From the NCBI GenBank assembly GCA_001643675.2, contig LSRY02000017.1, positions 1,426,001 to 1,490,000 on the forward strand: a stretch of DNA of 64,000 bases, written 5' to 3'. Origin of the DNA: Monocercomonoides exilis PA203. Its lineage: Eukaryota > Protista > Preaxostyla. The translations under genes and the position numbers were made by a program. The notes below the pieces were generated by a model that did no database searches, was not told the DNA's origin, and saw only the letters and a program-made list of their open reading frames with translations. Positions 26,746 through 40,355 of the stretch are shown here, piece after piece (within the stretch, counting starts at the first letter, position 1; the number at the start of each line of letters is the position of its first letter).

Positions 26746-28293
26746 ATGAATTCACAAACTCATACCCAAAGCACACAAAAAGAAGTTGACAAACTAAATC
26801 TTTTTGTGAAGTATCTACCAGGTCATATTGACGATGAAGCATTAAATCAATTGTTTAAGCCATATGGAGAGATTATTTCTTCTAAAGTGATGGTATATAA
26901 TTTTTAGAAATTAGAAAATTGCGTTAATTAACAAATGTGATATGAATTAGTTGGACAATAAAACTGGAGAAAGTTTAGGATACGGGTATATAAATTTATT
27001 ACTTTTTTCACAAATTGCATTTGCTTTTCTCTTTAATATAGCTTTGTGAAATTTGTACGTGAGTCAGAAGCGAGCGAAGCTATGCGAAAAATGAACAATT
27101 ACAGACTAGGAAACAAAGTTCTTCTTGTGAAGCCATCAAATGCTCCAAAACAACTTGCAGATTCATCTGCCAATACGAATTTATATGTGAAGCCACTCCC
27201 AGCAAAATTTACAGAACGTATGAGTTATTTGATTTTTATTTATTTTGCTCTTGAAAAACAATATTTTTCTCATTTTATCATCACAGAAGATTTGCATGAT
27301 CTATTTTCACCGTTTGGTGCGATTGAAGGAGTGAAAGTGATGGTGGATCGTCAGGCGCATTCGACAAAGCAAATAGGATTTGTTAGGTTTACAACGCAGG
27401 AGTCTGCAGACCGGGCGCTTGCAGCCATGCAAGGCTATCGACTGCCACAGCTTGACCAGCCGCTGGCAATCAAATATGCAGAGACTGAAGAGATGAAGAA
27501 GAAAAGGATACAAGAGAAGGAAGAGAAGGAAAGGAGAGCACGTGAAAGAGTAATTGGCAGCATCAGAGGAGGAAGTGGAGTCGGAGGCGGTGGAGGCAGT
27601 GGAGGCGGTGGAACAGCAGAGAGAGAAGAAGGAGAGAAAGGCGGAAAGTCTGCCGCAGCCGAAAGAGAAGGGAAAAGTGGAGGCGACAAAAGCAGAGCAA
27701 ATAAAAGTGAAAAGATGAATCGGTGGAGCGGAAGAGAAGAAGAGAAGAAGGCAGAAAAAGAGTCAGGTGATGTTGATGGCACTGCTGACAGGCACAAATT
27801 CAGTACTGAGAGGATGGCAATGAATGGCCGAGTGCCAGAATATGTTCCACGCTCTAAGAAGCATTTCTCATCAACATCTTCTTCCTCCTCCTCTTCTTCC
27901 TCTTCCTCTAATTCCTCTTCTGCTTCTCCATCATCGTCATCCTCCTCCTCTTCTTCTTCCTCCTCCTCATACAGCTCTGCCATGCGTGGGCAGGACTTCC
28001 TTCCTTCTCAGGACGATGCGATCTTCCCTTCCTTTGCCCCCTATCAATCATACGGCGCATTCAACCCAATGAGCTTCATCGATCCTGAGGCAGCCTATCG
28101 GATGATGGGGTCTGCTCTGCCCCTGCAGCAGATACAGGCGCTGCTCTCTTCGCCTTCTCCTCCTCTCCTCTCCAATCAGATGGGACAGGCAAAATACACG
28201 TCTCAGTTGGACTCAGCTGAAGGCGCTGCTCAGATGCAGATGATGCAACAGTATGCATCTATAAACCAAGCTCCTTTATCTTCTTCTTCCTCT

Positions 28294-28325
<32 letters not shown>

Positions 28326-29697
28326 TTCTTTGTCTTCCTCTTCCTCTTCCCCTGCTGTTGAAGGATCTTCTGATTCCTCTGCTGAACTCGGGGCGTCGGT
28401 TGCTTCTGCTTCAAATGATGTTTTTCGTTCATCATCTTCTTCCTCCTCATCAAATTCTTCTTCTTCTTCTTCTTCTTTTCCATCATCAGCATCATCATCA
28501 ATGTTGTCATCCATGTCAATGCCTTTGACGATGACTCTGCCAGCACCTCCAGCTGCCCCTTCCTTTCCTTCTTCTTTTCCTCCTTCATTTCATCCACAAA
28601 ACAACATATCACTTTCTTCCTCTTCTTCTTCCTCTTCCTCTTCCTCTTCTTCCTCCTCTTCTTCTCCTTCCATTGACACAACTTCAACTCCTCCACAGCG
28701 TGTATTGTCTTCTTCTTCTTCCTCCTCTGCTGCTTCTATTTCATCTTTTTCTTCTTCCTCTTTCCCTTCTTCTGACTTTCCTTCTTCTTCTTCTTCTTCT
28801 TCCTTTTCCATCCCTCAAATCATCCAGCAGTCAAAAACTGACCCTTCTCTCTCTGTCTTCAAAGACGAATCCGACCAATTCGCAAACGATGCCTCGCTTT
28901 CTTCTCAAATGCAGCAACAGTCAACTCCTCCTTCTTCCCTCGCTCTTCCTCTCCCTCTCTCTTATTCTTCTTCTCTTCCTCTCTCTCTTCATCTTCCTCT
29001 TGCCCCTCCTCTCACTGCCATCGCTGTCGGCACCTCTTCCACACCCACAAACAACACACCGAGCGACAAGAATGAGCTCTTTGCCACACCTTCCTTTCTT
29101 CCTTCGTCGTTTGGACTGCCTGCATTCTCTTCTGTCACCCCATCCTCCACTCCTTCTGTGATTTCTTCTTCTTCTATTTCTGCTTCTTCTTCCTCACCTT
29201 CTTCTTCATTAACCCCATCGTCATCGTCTTCTTCTTCTTCTTCTTCTTCAATGACTTCACCTGCTCTGAATTCTCTTCAGCAGTCCCAACAGTCCCAACA
29301 GTCTCAACAGTCTCAACAGCAACAATCATTAAACCCCTCCTCGAATGTCACTCTTCCTTCTCTCGAGCACTTCATCTCCCCACAAGTGCATCTCTTGGGC
29401 TCTGATCCTTCTGCCCTCTCTCAACAGATCTCTCCTTTCCTCCCCTTCGTCTCCCCCTCCGTCGCCTCCCTCACCCCTCCTCAAACACCTCAGAGCCACC
29501 CCTCTCTTTCTCAGACTCCTCCTCTCACACCTGCTGCCTCCTATGCACAGAACACACAGCAGCTGCAGCTGGTGCAGCAGGGCTCGTTTCCTTCTTATCT
29601 TCCTTCTCTTTCTCCTTCTCCCACTCTCTTCTCTCCTTTTGCTTTATCTTCCACTCAGACTCCTCCTCTCCCGCCAGCCAATAGCATCCTCAATGGC

Positions 29698-29728
<31 letters not shown>

Positions 29729-32700
29729 GCAATGGAAATGGCACTGTTAATTCAGCAGCAGCCTCAGCCGCGTTAATGCAGCAGTACTTCCCCTTCCTCA
29801 GCTCCAATCTTCCGCTTGCTCCGACCTCTTCTCCAAACACCTCTGCCTCGCCTGCCCCTCCGCATTCTGAGGGAGATGGGGTTCCAACCTCTCCATTGCT
29901 GACATCACCCACGCCTGTCTCTGCCTATCAGTCATACACTCCCTTTGCTGCCACTCCTGTTGTGCAGAACAGAACACCCCAGACACCTTCGATGCTGTTA
30001 TTTGATCCGTCTGGCATGTCGGATGAGAGAAAAGAAGGAGGAGGAGGAGGAGGAGGAGAAAGAGGAGGAGAAAGAGGAGGAGGAGGAGGCACTCCAACAA
30101 CAATTGGCGTGGCAGAAGCATTTCCCATTGCCTGCACTCCACACACAGGAGACGGGGTGGGGCTGGCCAGCAGCTCTGTCTATTCAGCCAGTGCTGATCT
30201 GGATGAGCGCCTGTCTTCCTCTTCCACTCCCACATCCAGTTCATCAAAGACACCCAAATCGCAGTCGATGAGTGGAGGCTCTACATATTCAGTGACGCCT
30301 CCTGTGTCTGACTCTTCTCAGTCTTCTCACTCTTCTTCTTCTTCTTCTCTCCCTTCTGCACTCACCACAGAGCAATCAATGTTCATCTTTGGCGCGTCGC
30401 AGCTGGAGCCGAGCAGTCTGCCGATACATTCACACGAGTCGTCGAGATGCAGAATAGACAGCAGGAATGAGAATGAGTCGAGTGGAGATGAAGATGATGA
30501 TGACGACGATGATGAGGAAGAGGAAGAAGAAGATGATGATGATGATGAAGAGGAGGAAGAGGATGATGATGATGATGATGCATATGATGAAGATGATAAT
30601 GATTACTCGTCTGACAGCAATGAAGAACATGGCAGACGAGATGGAGATGATGGAGAAGCCAAAGACGAAAGTTCAAGTGATGATGATGATGAAGAAGATG
30701 ATAGTGAAGATGATGATGAAGACAGTGATGATGATGACGAGGATGATGATGATGATGACAGCAGCTGGGATAGGAGTGTCTCAACACGACATCACACAAA
30801 GAAATCGAGGAGTCGCAAGACAATCAATGACGATGACTCGGATGTTGGCTCACATTTCACCTGCTCCACATCACACTCATTCAGAAGGGTGGACTCTATT
30901 TCATCGCATGCCTCGTCGTTGAAGAGGAGGAAGAGAAAAGAGAAGAATAGTTCGATTAATCAGCAGCAGCTTCAATTGCAGACACAACAGCAACAACAAC
31001 AGCTGCAGCAGCAACAACAACTGAGCAAAGATGAGAAGGAAAGCAAAGAATGTTCTGTTTTTGAGGCGCATTCGAATATTTCTGCACTTCCCCCGCGTCC
31101 ATTCAAGTCTGCCATTTCGTTGAAGTCGTGTGGGCGAGGCAGAGGCAGCAGAAGTAGAAAGGGGATTGGTTCAATGTCGAAGAAGAAGGATAATCACAGT
31201 AAGAGCAAAAGCAGAAGAGGAGAAGGAGAAAGAGGAGGAGGAAGAGGAGGAAGAGGAGGAAAAGCGAATGCTGAGCCATCCAATAAGATGATGAAGCATT
31301 CGCAGTCGCTGACAACACCTCTGCCTGTGCTGTCAATTTCTCCCCCGCTTTCGTCGTATCTCCAGTCACACTCTTCTTTCATGTCCACATTCACTCCGCC
31401 TTCTTCGTTTTCTCCCCATCTGCTGCCTTTATCAGATGCACAGGACATAGCAGAGGAGCATCCAGCAGAAGAGGCTGGCTTGTCTAATCAGTCGAACCTC
31501 TCTTCTTCATTTGCTCCTTCTGCTTCTTCTGTTTCTTCATCATCTTCTATTTCATCAACTTCATCATCATCATCATCATCTTCTTCTTCTTCTTCTTCTT
31601 CTTTATCTTCTTCCTCATCTGATTTAAAAGATCAGCTTGAGCAACCACACAGCCCATTCCACCAGGACCCTCTCAACTGGCACAGAAGACACTCCTTCTC
31701 GTTCGGCCAGCGTCTGCACGAGACAGCCACCTCTGCTGCCTCTGCCACTGCTGCTGCTGCACCTGCCACTCCGCCTGCCTCTCATTCCCATTCGCATTCA
31801 CATTGTTTAACCAGCATTGCTCACACCCTCCTCTCCCCTCTCAACACCTCTGCCCCACACCCTTCCTCTCCTCTTCCCCCTGCCTCTTCTGTGCCTCTCT
31901 CTCACCTGGCCTCTCCTCTCCTTTCTGTCGGCAGAGCAGAAAGAGCCGCGTCGCTCTCTTCGCCTTCACAGCACAGAGGGTCAGACTCTCCCTTGTCGAT
32001 GTCTGAGGCTTCTGTTGCTTCTGTTGCTTCAGTCACTTCTGTGACTTCTCTGAATTCTGTTAATTCTGCTGCTTCTTCTGCTGCTTCTTCTGCTGCTTCT
32101 GTTGCACTGGAGAACAATGTGCTGCCTGTCAGCACTCTTCGCTCCACTTCTCTTTCTGCTCCGTTGGCTGCCTCACAACATCTGAATGAGATGTCTGCAT
32201 CAACATTATCATCTCCTCTTTCTGCTTCTTCCACTTCTTCTACCTCTTCTACCTCTTCTGCCTCTTCTGTCTCTTCTTCTTTTACTTCTTCTTCTTCTTT
32301 CTCTTCTTCTTCTTCTTCTTCTTCTTCTTCTTCTCATCCTTCCACTTTCAACCTCTCCTTGCTGGGTAATTCTCAACTCTATCTCCAGTGTGACTCCAAG
32401 CAGCAACAGCAGCAGCATCAACATCAACAGCATTCATTGCCTCTTCCACAAACAGAAGCGCCTCGACGGTCTGGCCGCTGCATCACAACTTCTCCTCCTT
32501 CCTCCTTCATCCACCCGCCTATCCCATTCACTGCCTCCCCTCGCTCCACCCTCTTCCCAGCACACCCACAAATGGGCAGCCAGGCTTCTCGTGATGGGAA
32601 GCAACTGCCTCACACCTCTTCATATTCTTCTTCTTTCTCCTCCTCTTCTCCTTCTTCTTCTTCCTCCTCTTCCTCTTCTGCCATGTCTCTCTCTCCACCC

Positions 32701-34575
32701 CCTTCTTCTCTCCATCAGCAGCTCCATTCGCGCCTTGCTGCCTCCACAAACACTCATTTGTCTTCTGTCTCTTCAATGGGCAATGTTAACAGCCATCATC
32801 TCCATTCACACCGTCATTCTCCTCCTCACTCTCATCTCCATCGCCACGATCATCTTTCTTCTTCTGCCTTGTCTTCTGATCTCTTCACCCCTACTTTCCT
32901 TTCCTTAGACAGCACACGCGACACACTCGACACTTCTGACCTCGACAGCCTCCAAAACATGCAAAACATACAGAATATTGAAAATATAGAAAATATAGAT
33001 GATATACAAGGTATACAGAATATACTGAATATACAGAATATACTGAATATACAGGATATTCCTAATAACAGCCTCACAACCTCTTCAGAGCCAATCAATT
33101 GTTCTCTTTTGGAGCCTCCTCCGCTTCTGCCGCCGACTGCCTCTGCCTCTTTCTCTCTGAAAGATGGCTATCAGCCTGTCCATTTGGGCAAGCACAGCCA
33201 GTCAGATCTGCTGCATATGTCGAAACAGGGATCGTTTTCTTCTTCTTCCTCTTCCTCTTCTTCCTCCTTTTCATCATCATCATCTTCTTCTTCTTCTTCC
33301 ACAGCCTCTTCTGCCTCTTCCTCTGCCTCTGCCTCTCCTCACACTCAATCTCCTCTTCAGACATCGCCTTCGATGTCCTTCTCTTCCTCTTATTCTTCCT
33401 CTGCCAGCTATTCCATCACAGACTCCCCTTCTTCCTCTTCGGCCTCTCTTCTCCACACTGCCTCAGCCTCTTCTCTTTCCTCCCTCGATTCGCCTTCCAC
33501 TTTCTCCTCTTCTTTTGAACAGTCTTTTTCTCGCTCTCCTCCTCCCCCTCCTCCTTCTTCTCTCCCTCTGCCTGTCCCTGTGTCTAGCTCTGTTTCTTCC
33601 TCTTCTCCTGCTTCCTCTTCATCATCCTCTTCATCGTCCTCTTCTTCCTCAACTTCTTCCTCTTCCTCCTCTTCTTCTTCCTCTTCTCCATCTCCATCAT
33701 CTTATTTGTATTCTTCTCTGATGCCGTTCACCACACTCAGCACTCAAAACACATCTTCACTTTCTCATTTCGACTTGTCGCCCAATCAAATCTACGGCAG
33801 CCCTTCTCCTCTTTCTTCAATCCCCATTCCTTCCTCTCCTCCCCTCAACATCTCCTCCACCCCTTCTTCTTCTTATTCTTCTTACATTTCCTCCTCTTAT
33901 TCTTCTTCCTCCTCTTCTTCGTCTTTTTCCTCCTCCTCTTTTTCCTCTTCCCCACCACCAAAACCATCACCCAGCCGCATCCAATCCGTCAAAAGCGAGC
34001 CTCGCTTCCATCACACCACAAAACTTTCTTCTCTCCCTCGCTCTTTGGCCCTGCCAACAAATGACCAGACCAACCTGAGTGACAACAGCGAGTCTTCTTC
34101 CCTTCACCCTCTCTCTGCCATCGACGACTCCTCCAAGAGCAATTGCTCCTCTTCGCTCTCTCAGCACCCTGCCCCTTCTTCCACCCCAACCACCCCGCTC
34201 TTCCATCAGAGCTCGCTCTACACTGCTGATCAGCAGCTGTCGTCGTCTGAACCTTCACCCGCCAGCTCTGCCTCGCTCACCCACCAGTCATTCACTCCAT
34301 CTCACTCCAATTCAAGCTCCAACGGCAATGCCAGTTCTGTTTCGAACTCTGTTTCTCATTCACATTCGCATTCGCGCTCACACTCACACACACAGACTCA
34401 TCCAATACGCTCTGTCTCTTCTGGTTCACTCTCCCTTTCTACACACTCTTCGACTTCTCTTTCGCTTTCTGTGGACAAAACAAGCTGTCATCCTTCAAAG
34501 TCCTCGAATGAGTCGTCAAACTCGTTCCATTCGGTACATTCATTTTGCAATCAGCCAACAAATCGCAATTCTTAA
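26746..34575 (+). CDS. Two-RRM (ELAV/Sxl-like) RNA-binding protein with over 2,300-aa Ser/Pro/Asp/Gln low-complexity extension
   Basis: RRM1: NLFVKYLP and SLGYGFVKF. RRM2: NLYVKPLP and KQIGFVRF. One uninterrupted exon of about 7.3 kb follows. Confidence 0.85.
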
Positions 34576-35021
34576 AGGTAAAAATTTGTTCCTGTAAAAT
34601 AAAGTGGAATTTAATTGATATAAACTGAACTAATATTGAGCATTATTTGTAAGTTTTTTCTTTTCTTTTCTTTGCTTTGCTTTTGTTAGTGTATTTATTA
34701 GATGCTATTTTGGAAATTATTGTTGTTTTTATTTGATTTATTTTTTATTTTATTTTATTTTATTTTATTTTAGCGTTGTTGTTATGAAATAACCTACAAC
34801 CTGTGACAATTCTATTAGAGCTTAGAAATTTGGAATGCAATTTTCGTTTCAAAAAAGGCTTTTTTGAAGATTGAACAAAAAATGAAGCAATGTGAAATTT
34901 TCATAATATATAGAAAGATAACTACATCCAATTAAAAAAAGGAAAAAAATAATTCTTGAAAAAAAAGGAAACTGAAATAGTTGATGACAAATGTGAGCTT
35001 ACTCAACATTAATTAATATGC

Positions 35022-35957
35022 TTAAGATTTTTTACAGTTCTTGAACGTGAACCCTCCACAGGCAGCAACAACAATAACAAAGATAAGAATCTAAATACCA
35101 AAATATATATTTTGTTAACAAATTGGAGAAAGAATCATCAACACACCAAAATGATTACAATGATTATAATCCATAGCTTGATATTTTTATACCACATTGC
35201 CTTTTTCAATCCGACGGATTTCTTTTTAAATTGTGCAGCAGACTGGTTGAGCTGTTCAGCTTGGTCGACAAGAAGTTCTATTTTTTCTTGCCTAACAAGA
35301 ATTTTATCTTTAAATGTTTAAACAAAATTCGAGAAATAAATAATAATTTTATTTGTCAAATAATAATGTCAAGTCTAATGAAAGAAAACCAATATTTTGT
35401 TCGACAACTCCACGCAACTCATCGACGTCGGATTGCACTTGTTTAAGTTTATTTATTGATTGTGTTGAGTATTCATTCTTAAATGATTTATTTTTAAATT
35501 TTTGAATGAATAAAACAAATGAAATAAATAACAAACCATGCACTGTTGAAGCTGCGAAGCAAATTCTCTCATTCCATTTGTTGCTGCTGAGTAAACTCCA
35601 TCTCTGTATTGCGATGTGAATCTTCGTTGCAATTCCGAAAGAAATGCGAATGCTTCACGAGAACCGAATTCTTTCTCAGTGAGGCAAAGATAACAAATAC
35701 GCGACTTCACCATGTAATGAAATGTGTACCTATTAAAAACAATGATAATTATATTATTAACAATTTATTTCAACTGTTAAAAAGGGAAAAGGTCAAAACA
35801 ATAAAACAAACTGTTCATAAATGTACGACATTTTGCTGTCTGTCGCGGGTATTTTCTGCAAAATTGTTCTAGAAACTTGAGGGAAGTTTCCTTTTGCGGT
35901 TGAACTTTCGCACAGAACAATGGTGTTCCTTGCTATAAGAGAATAAATAATTGGCAT
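35022..35957 (-). CDS. VAMP7: VAMP7-like longin R-SNARE
   Basis: Longin domain MPIIYSLIAR..GNF and AFAFL. SNARE helix QVQSDVDELRGVVEQNIDKILVRQEKIELLVD. AMWYKN followed by a TM helix. Confidence 0.93.
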
Positions 35958-36111
35958 AATTCACCTTTAATAAAGGGAAATATGAAATAAATTAGTGAAC
36001 AACAGAAAAAGTGATAATATTTTATTGATATAATTTATTAATTGTTAAGTGCTAACTTTTTTCTTAATACCCTTAAAGAAATATTTTTTCATTGTTGTGT
36101 TGTGTTATAAT

Positions 36112-39100
36112 ATGACGGAGAAGCCCCACGAGCCTCCATCGGTGCAAAATCCGTCACCTAAAGTACCTTGTATGTTATCCAGAATGAAGAGAAGTCAAAG
36201 TCAGTACCTTCCACGGGGTTGGGAAAAGGTGTGAGGGAAATTTTATTCGTTATTTTTTTCTTAATTGTAACTGTAAATCCACTAAAATATGTGTGCATAA
36301 ACTGACCTTTAATGATATTGTAAATTTCTTATTTTAAAATTTACTAAATATCAATTATTAAGTCTGATTTATCTTCCCAAATTTCCGTGTCCTCATCGCT
36401 CAAACCTCAGTCATTAACTCCAAAAACAGCACGAGAGCTACGGTTCAATAGTCAATGTGATCAGTTACCTCCACAGCAAAGTGAATCAAGAGATGAAAAC
36501 GAAGAATCTGCGCATATTTTTGGGAAAACAATTAGTAGCATGAAACCATCTGCATACGTTCAACAACTTTTTGGATTAAACATGAAACGCAGCGAATTGC
36601 TTCGAGAAACAAAGCAGAGAGAAGCTGAAGAAAAAGAACGACGAGATAAAGAAGTTCGAGAAAGAGAAGAAAAGATTCAAAAAGCTTATTTTGAGCGGCT
36701 CAAAGGCAATAAAAATTCTCTTCGATCAAAACAATTTATTCCCCCTCCTCTTGATCCTCTTGTTTTGCAAGCGCGTCTCTGTGATTCATTAAGTCAAGCA
36801 ACATTATATCCATCAATTTCATTTGGAAGAACCACACCAGAAGGAACGAAAAATGCACTATCATTAGCAGTGAATCCGTTTGTAACAATGCAATCAGAAC
36901 CTGCTCTTCCTATGATAATGAAAAAATCAATGGAAGAGCGACGGATTGCTGAAAAGGAAAGACAAAAAGAAGAAAACAAAAGGATGGTAGTAATTGATGG
37001 CTTAAGAAAGATGAGGGAAAAATCTGAAGAAAAATTAAAGAAAAAACTACTGTCTTCGACATCATCAAAATTCCCTTCTTCAATTCTTCGAAGGGAAGTT
37101 GGGTTTGATCCCTCTGAAGTCAAAGATAATCGAAAAGAAGTCAAAAGAGAACAGTCACTGTTCGCTAATAAACCGAAGTTTCTAAAGATAGACGATGATG
37201 CCGATAAATACGAAGATTCTTTAGATGGAGACGCCAAAACAGAATCAGGGTTGCTGCCTGCAGAAAACGATGGAGCATTTTCTTTCCGAGATGCGTCCAA
37301 ATCTGAGTTTACCTCGTCCATCTTGCAACTCCCAGAATCGACAACTTCTTCCCCTTTCTATTCGCCCTCACTTCCTTTCAGTCCGTTCTGCCATCGCTTT
37401 GTGAATGATCCCTCGTCAAACAAAGCAGCTGGCGATTCTGTTGTGGAGAAGGCGTCTCGCTTCATCACAAACCATCTGCTGAAGAACCGTCCCCTGCACA
37501 GGTCGATGCTGTCAGATGACTTCGACGGTGCAGATGAGTACGAAAACAGCGAGAATGCCGATCTGACAGACTCAGACACCTGCGAGTGCAGCAGCTCCGA
37601 TGAATCTGCAGACACACAAGATTCGTCTCATTCATCTCATTCATGTCACTCGCGTCATTCGTGTCATTCGCAGCACTCCCCAATCCATCAGAGCCCAAGT
37701 GCAGCCAGCCCAAGTGCACAAAGAGGGAACACATTGCCAATCAACAACCAGGTCACTTCTCATCTTTTCTCTGACTTTTCTGAAGGCACCGAGCATCTCG
37801 GGAATTCCGCCCGTCTTGCTGCTCTTCGCCAGCAGGCCCAGTTTCCGCCTTCGCTTCTTTTTGGAATCTTCGACTCGTCGCGCAACGAGCAGCCGCTCGG
37901 CGCGTGCGTACTGCAGCTGCCTGCACTCCAGGCAGGTGTCGAAGACCCGCTGGCAACACCTTCCTTTCCTTCCCCCTCAAACTCCACGTCAGCACAGACA
38001 AGCGACCTCTTCTCTCCTGCCTCGTCGCACGATGCACTCACACTGGTTATTCCTGAAAGCACCCCTGCTCCACACTTTGAGATCGCATCTGCTAATTCTC
38101 TTGAGTCGTTTGCGACATTAGAAACAGCCTCGTCCAGTTCTGCTCTGCTAACTTCAGCCAAATACGATTGTCAGTCTTCTTCAGCCGCTGCATCTTCTTC
38201 TTCTTCTTCTTCTTCTTCAGCTGCTTCGTTCCCTTCGTTCCCTTCCCTGCCGATTACTTCTTCCCTTGCTACAACAGTCACTGCTTCTCTTGCCTCTCTT
38301 CCTTCACCTTCTCCCTCCCTGTCACCATCACCCCTGAGCATATCTTCTGTGCCTTCTTTCCCTTCCTTCTTGCCATCTTCCAACGCTGTCTCTTCCTCCT
38401 CGTTCACTCCCCTCTCCCCACTTTCCCGCTCAACTTCAACAACATTCATTGACTCCGCTGCTCTTTCGTCTGACTCTTCCTCTTCTGCTCTTATGCCAGC
38501 ACCGATCACAGACAAATATGCTCAATCGTCTTCCTCCCTCTTTCCCTGTGAGGCTGCTTCCTGCGATCTTCTACTGCAGAAGCAGCCAAACCGGTCTCTT
38601 TTGATTGAAAGAGAGAAATCCACGTCATTCAGAAACTCCTCTTCGCCTGTTCTCGACTCGCTTGCTTCTCACAACCACACTCCAGACGTTTCATTTCACG
38701 AAGCTGAACCAAAAGAAGAATACAACAAGGAAACACAGAAAAGCAAAGAAGAAGAAAATGCAGATAGATTGAAGCAGAAGAGTGAGCAAGGAGAATCACA
38801 GGGTGTGCTGACCAGTTTAAGATGCATGGGGAACAATCTGAAGCAGCACAGACAACAACACCAAATACATCACAATCATCTATTTAGCAGCAGTAGTAGC
38901 AGTAGTAGTAGTAGTGGTAGTAGCAGTAGCAATAGTTGTAGTAGTAGTAGTAGCACCAGCAGCAAAAGCGGTTCTGACGAGATCACTTCAAACATCCACA
39001 GCCACATGTCTATTTCTGATCACCAAGACAGACACATTCATCTGTCGCACATTGGTTTTTCTCTCATTCACCCGCCATTTCACACTCATCGCCATCTCTC

Positions 39101-39917
39101 CCACAAAAATCACCATTTGAGTGATGATCCCGTCAGCACTGGATCTTTGCCGCAGAACTTGATAGGAAGTGTCACAAATGAAGAAGAGGAGAAGAGGAAA
39201 AAAAGGAAAAATCAATCAGAAACTGTAGAATCCAACATTTCATCCGAAACTGCTTCTTCTGCCAGAGAAGAGAGAGAGAGAAGTGATGGATCAAGAATAA
39301 GCTCTGGGAACAGCAGCGATTCAGATGGAAGTGCCAATGGATGCCCAGCAGACAAAGCAAATGCTGATAATGTTGAAAACAAGACAGACACGTTGAATTC
39401 ATCACAGCACACATCAGAGAGTGTTGATGTGAATGATCAAATTGCTTCATCAGTTGTCTCAAAGAAAGCGATTTGTGGTGATAACTTCAATGTTGCAGAT
39501 ATATCTTCCTTTGATTTTCCTTCTTCTTCTTCTTCTTCGGATTCTCCTTCTTCTTCTGTCAACTCTGTTAATAAAATCAGTTCTGAAAATCCACATGCAA
39601 ATTCTGTCACTTCTCCGTCCACATCTTTTTCTGCTTCTGCTAATTTTGTCAATCTGTGGAGCGAAAAGAAAGGCAAAGCACGGCAAATCGGAGTGTTCAG
39701 CCAAATTGACTCAGGCAAGCTGTGCAACTGTGCAGCTGGGCAACCTGCAAACAAGCCCAAAAAGCAGCAGTCCTTTTCGTATCGCCCGAGCCCTCTGTTG
39801 TTTGATGTTTCGAACGAGTCGAATGGCTTCTCGCCTTCTCCAATGTGTTTGCGGCGTGCTGTTTCGTTTTCTTTTCCTCCCGACAGACTTCGCTGCCTTT
39901 TATTATATCACGATTGA
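36112..39917 (+). CDS. Hypothetical Ser-rich low-complexity protein (about 1,200 aa)
   Basis: Short first exon from ATG 36112, an intron, then a 1176-codon ORF. No domain recognised. Confidence 0.7.
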
Positions 39918-40355
39918 ATTACAACTTTCATGCTTTGTTTTGTTCTTTCTCTCTCCATCACCCATTTTCTACACATCCGATTTTTTTATATAATCTTTTT
40001 TTTTTGTATGTGTGTGTTTCATAATTACAATGGTATTTTTTATTTTATTGTATTATTGTATATAGCTGGAATTAACTATTTTTTTATTTTTTTATTTTAG
40101 AAATGTCATTCGTTTTTGATTGTATATATTTGGCATTGTATGTTTATGCCGTTTTTTACAATACATTTGTACTTCTAATTTCTTGAATTCTCAATTTTTT
40201 TTTTGAACTTCTTTTTTTAATGAATCACAAAGATTTTTCTCAATTTTCCTTTTTTATTGTATTAATAATTATTAGCACTTTACGGAAATGTTAAAAAAAA
40301 TACTTGAATGAATGTTGTAATTCGAAATTTTTAAAATGATCAAATTAAATATTTA

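Noticed and set aside
27300-34600. Many overlapping antisense and alternative-frame ORFs
   Set aside because: Shadows of stop-poor trinucleotide repeats in the real Ser-rich CDS. The same applies at 7.1-8.2 kb and 36.8-39.9 kb.
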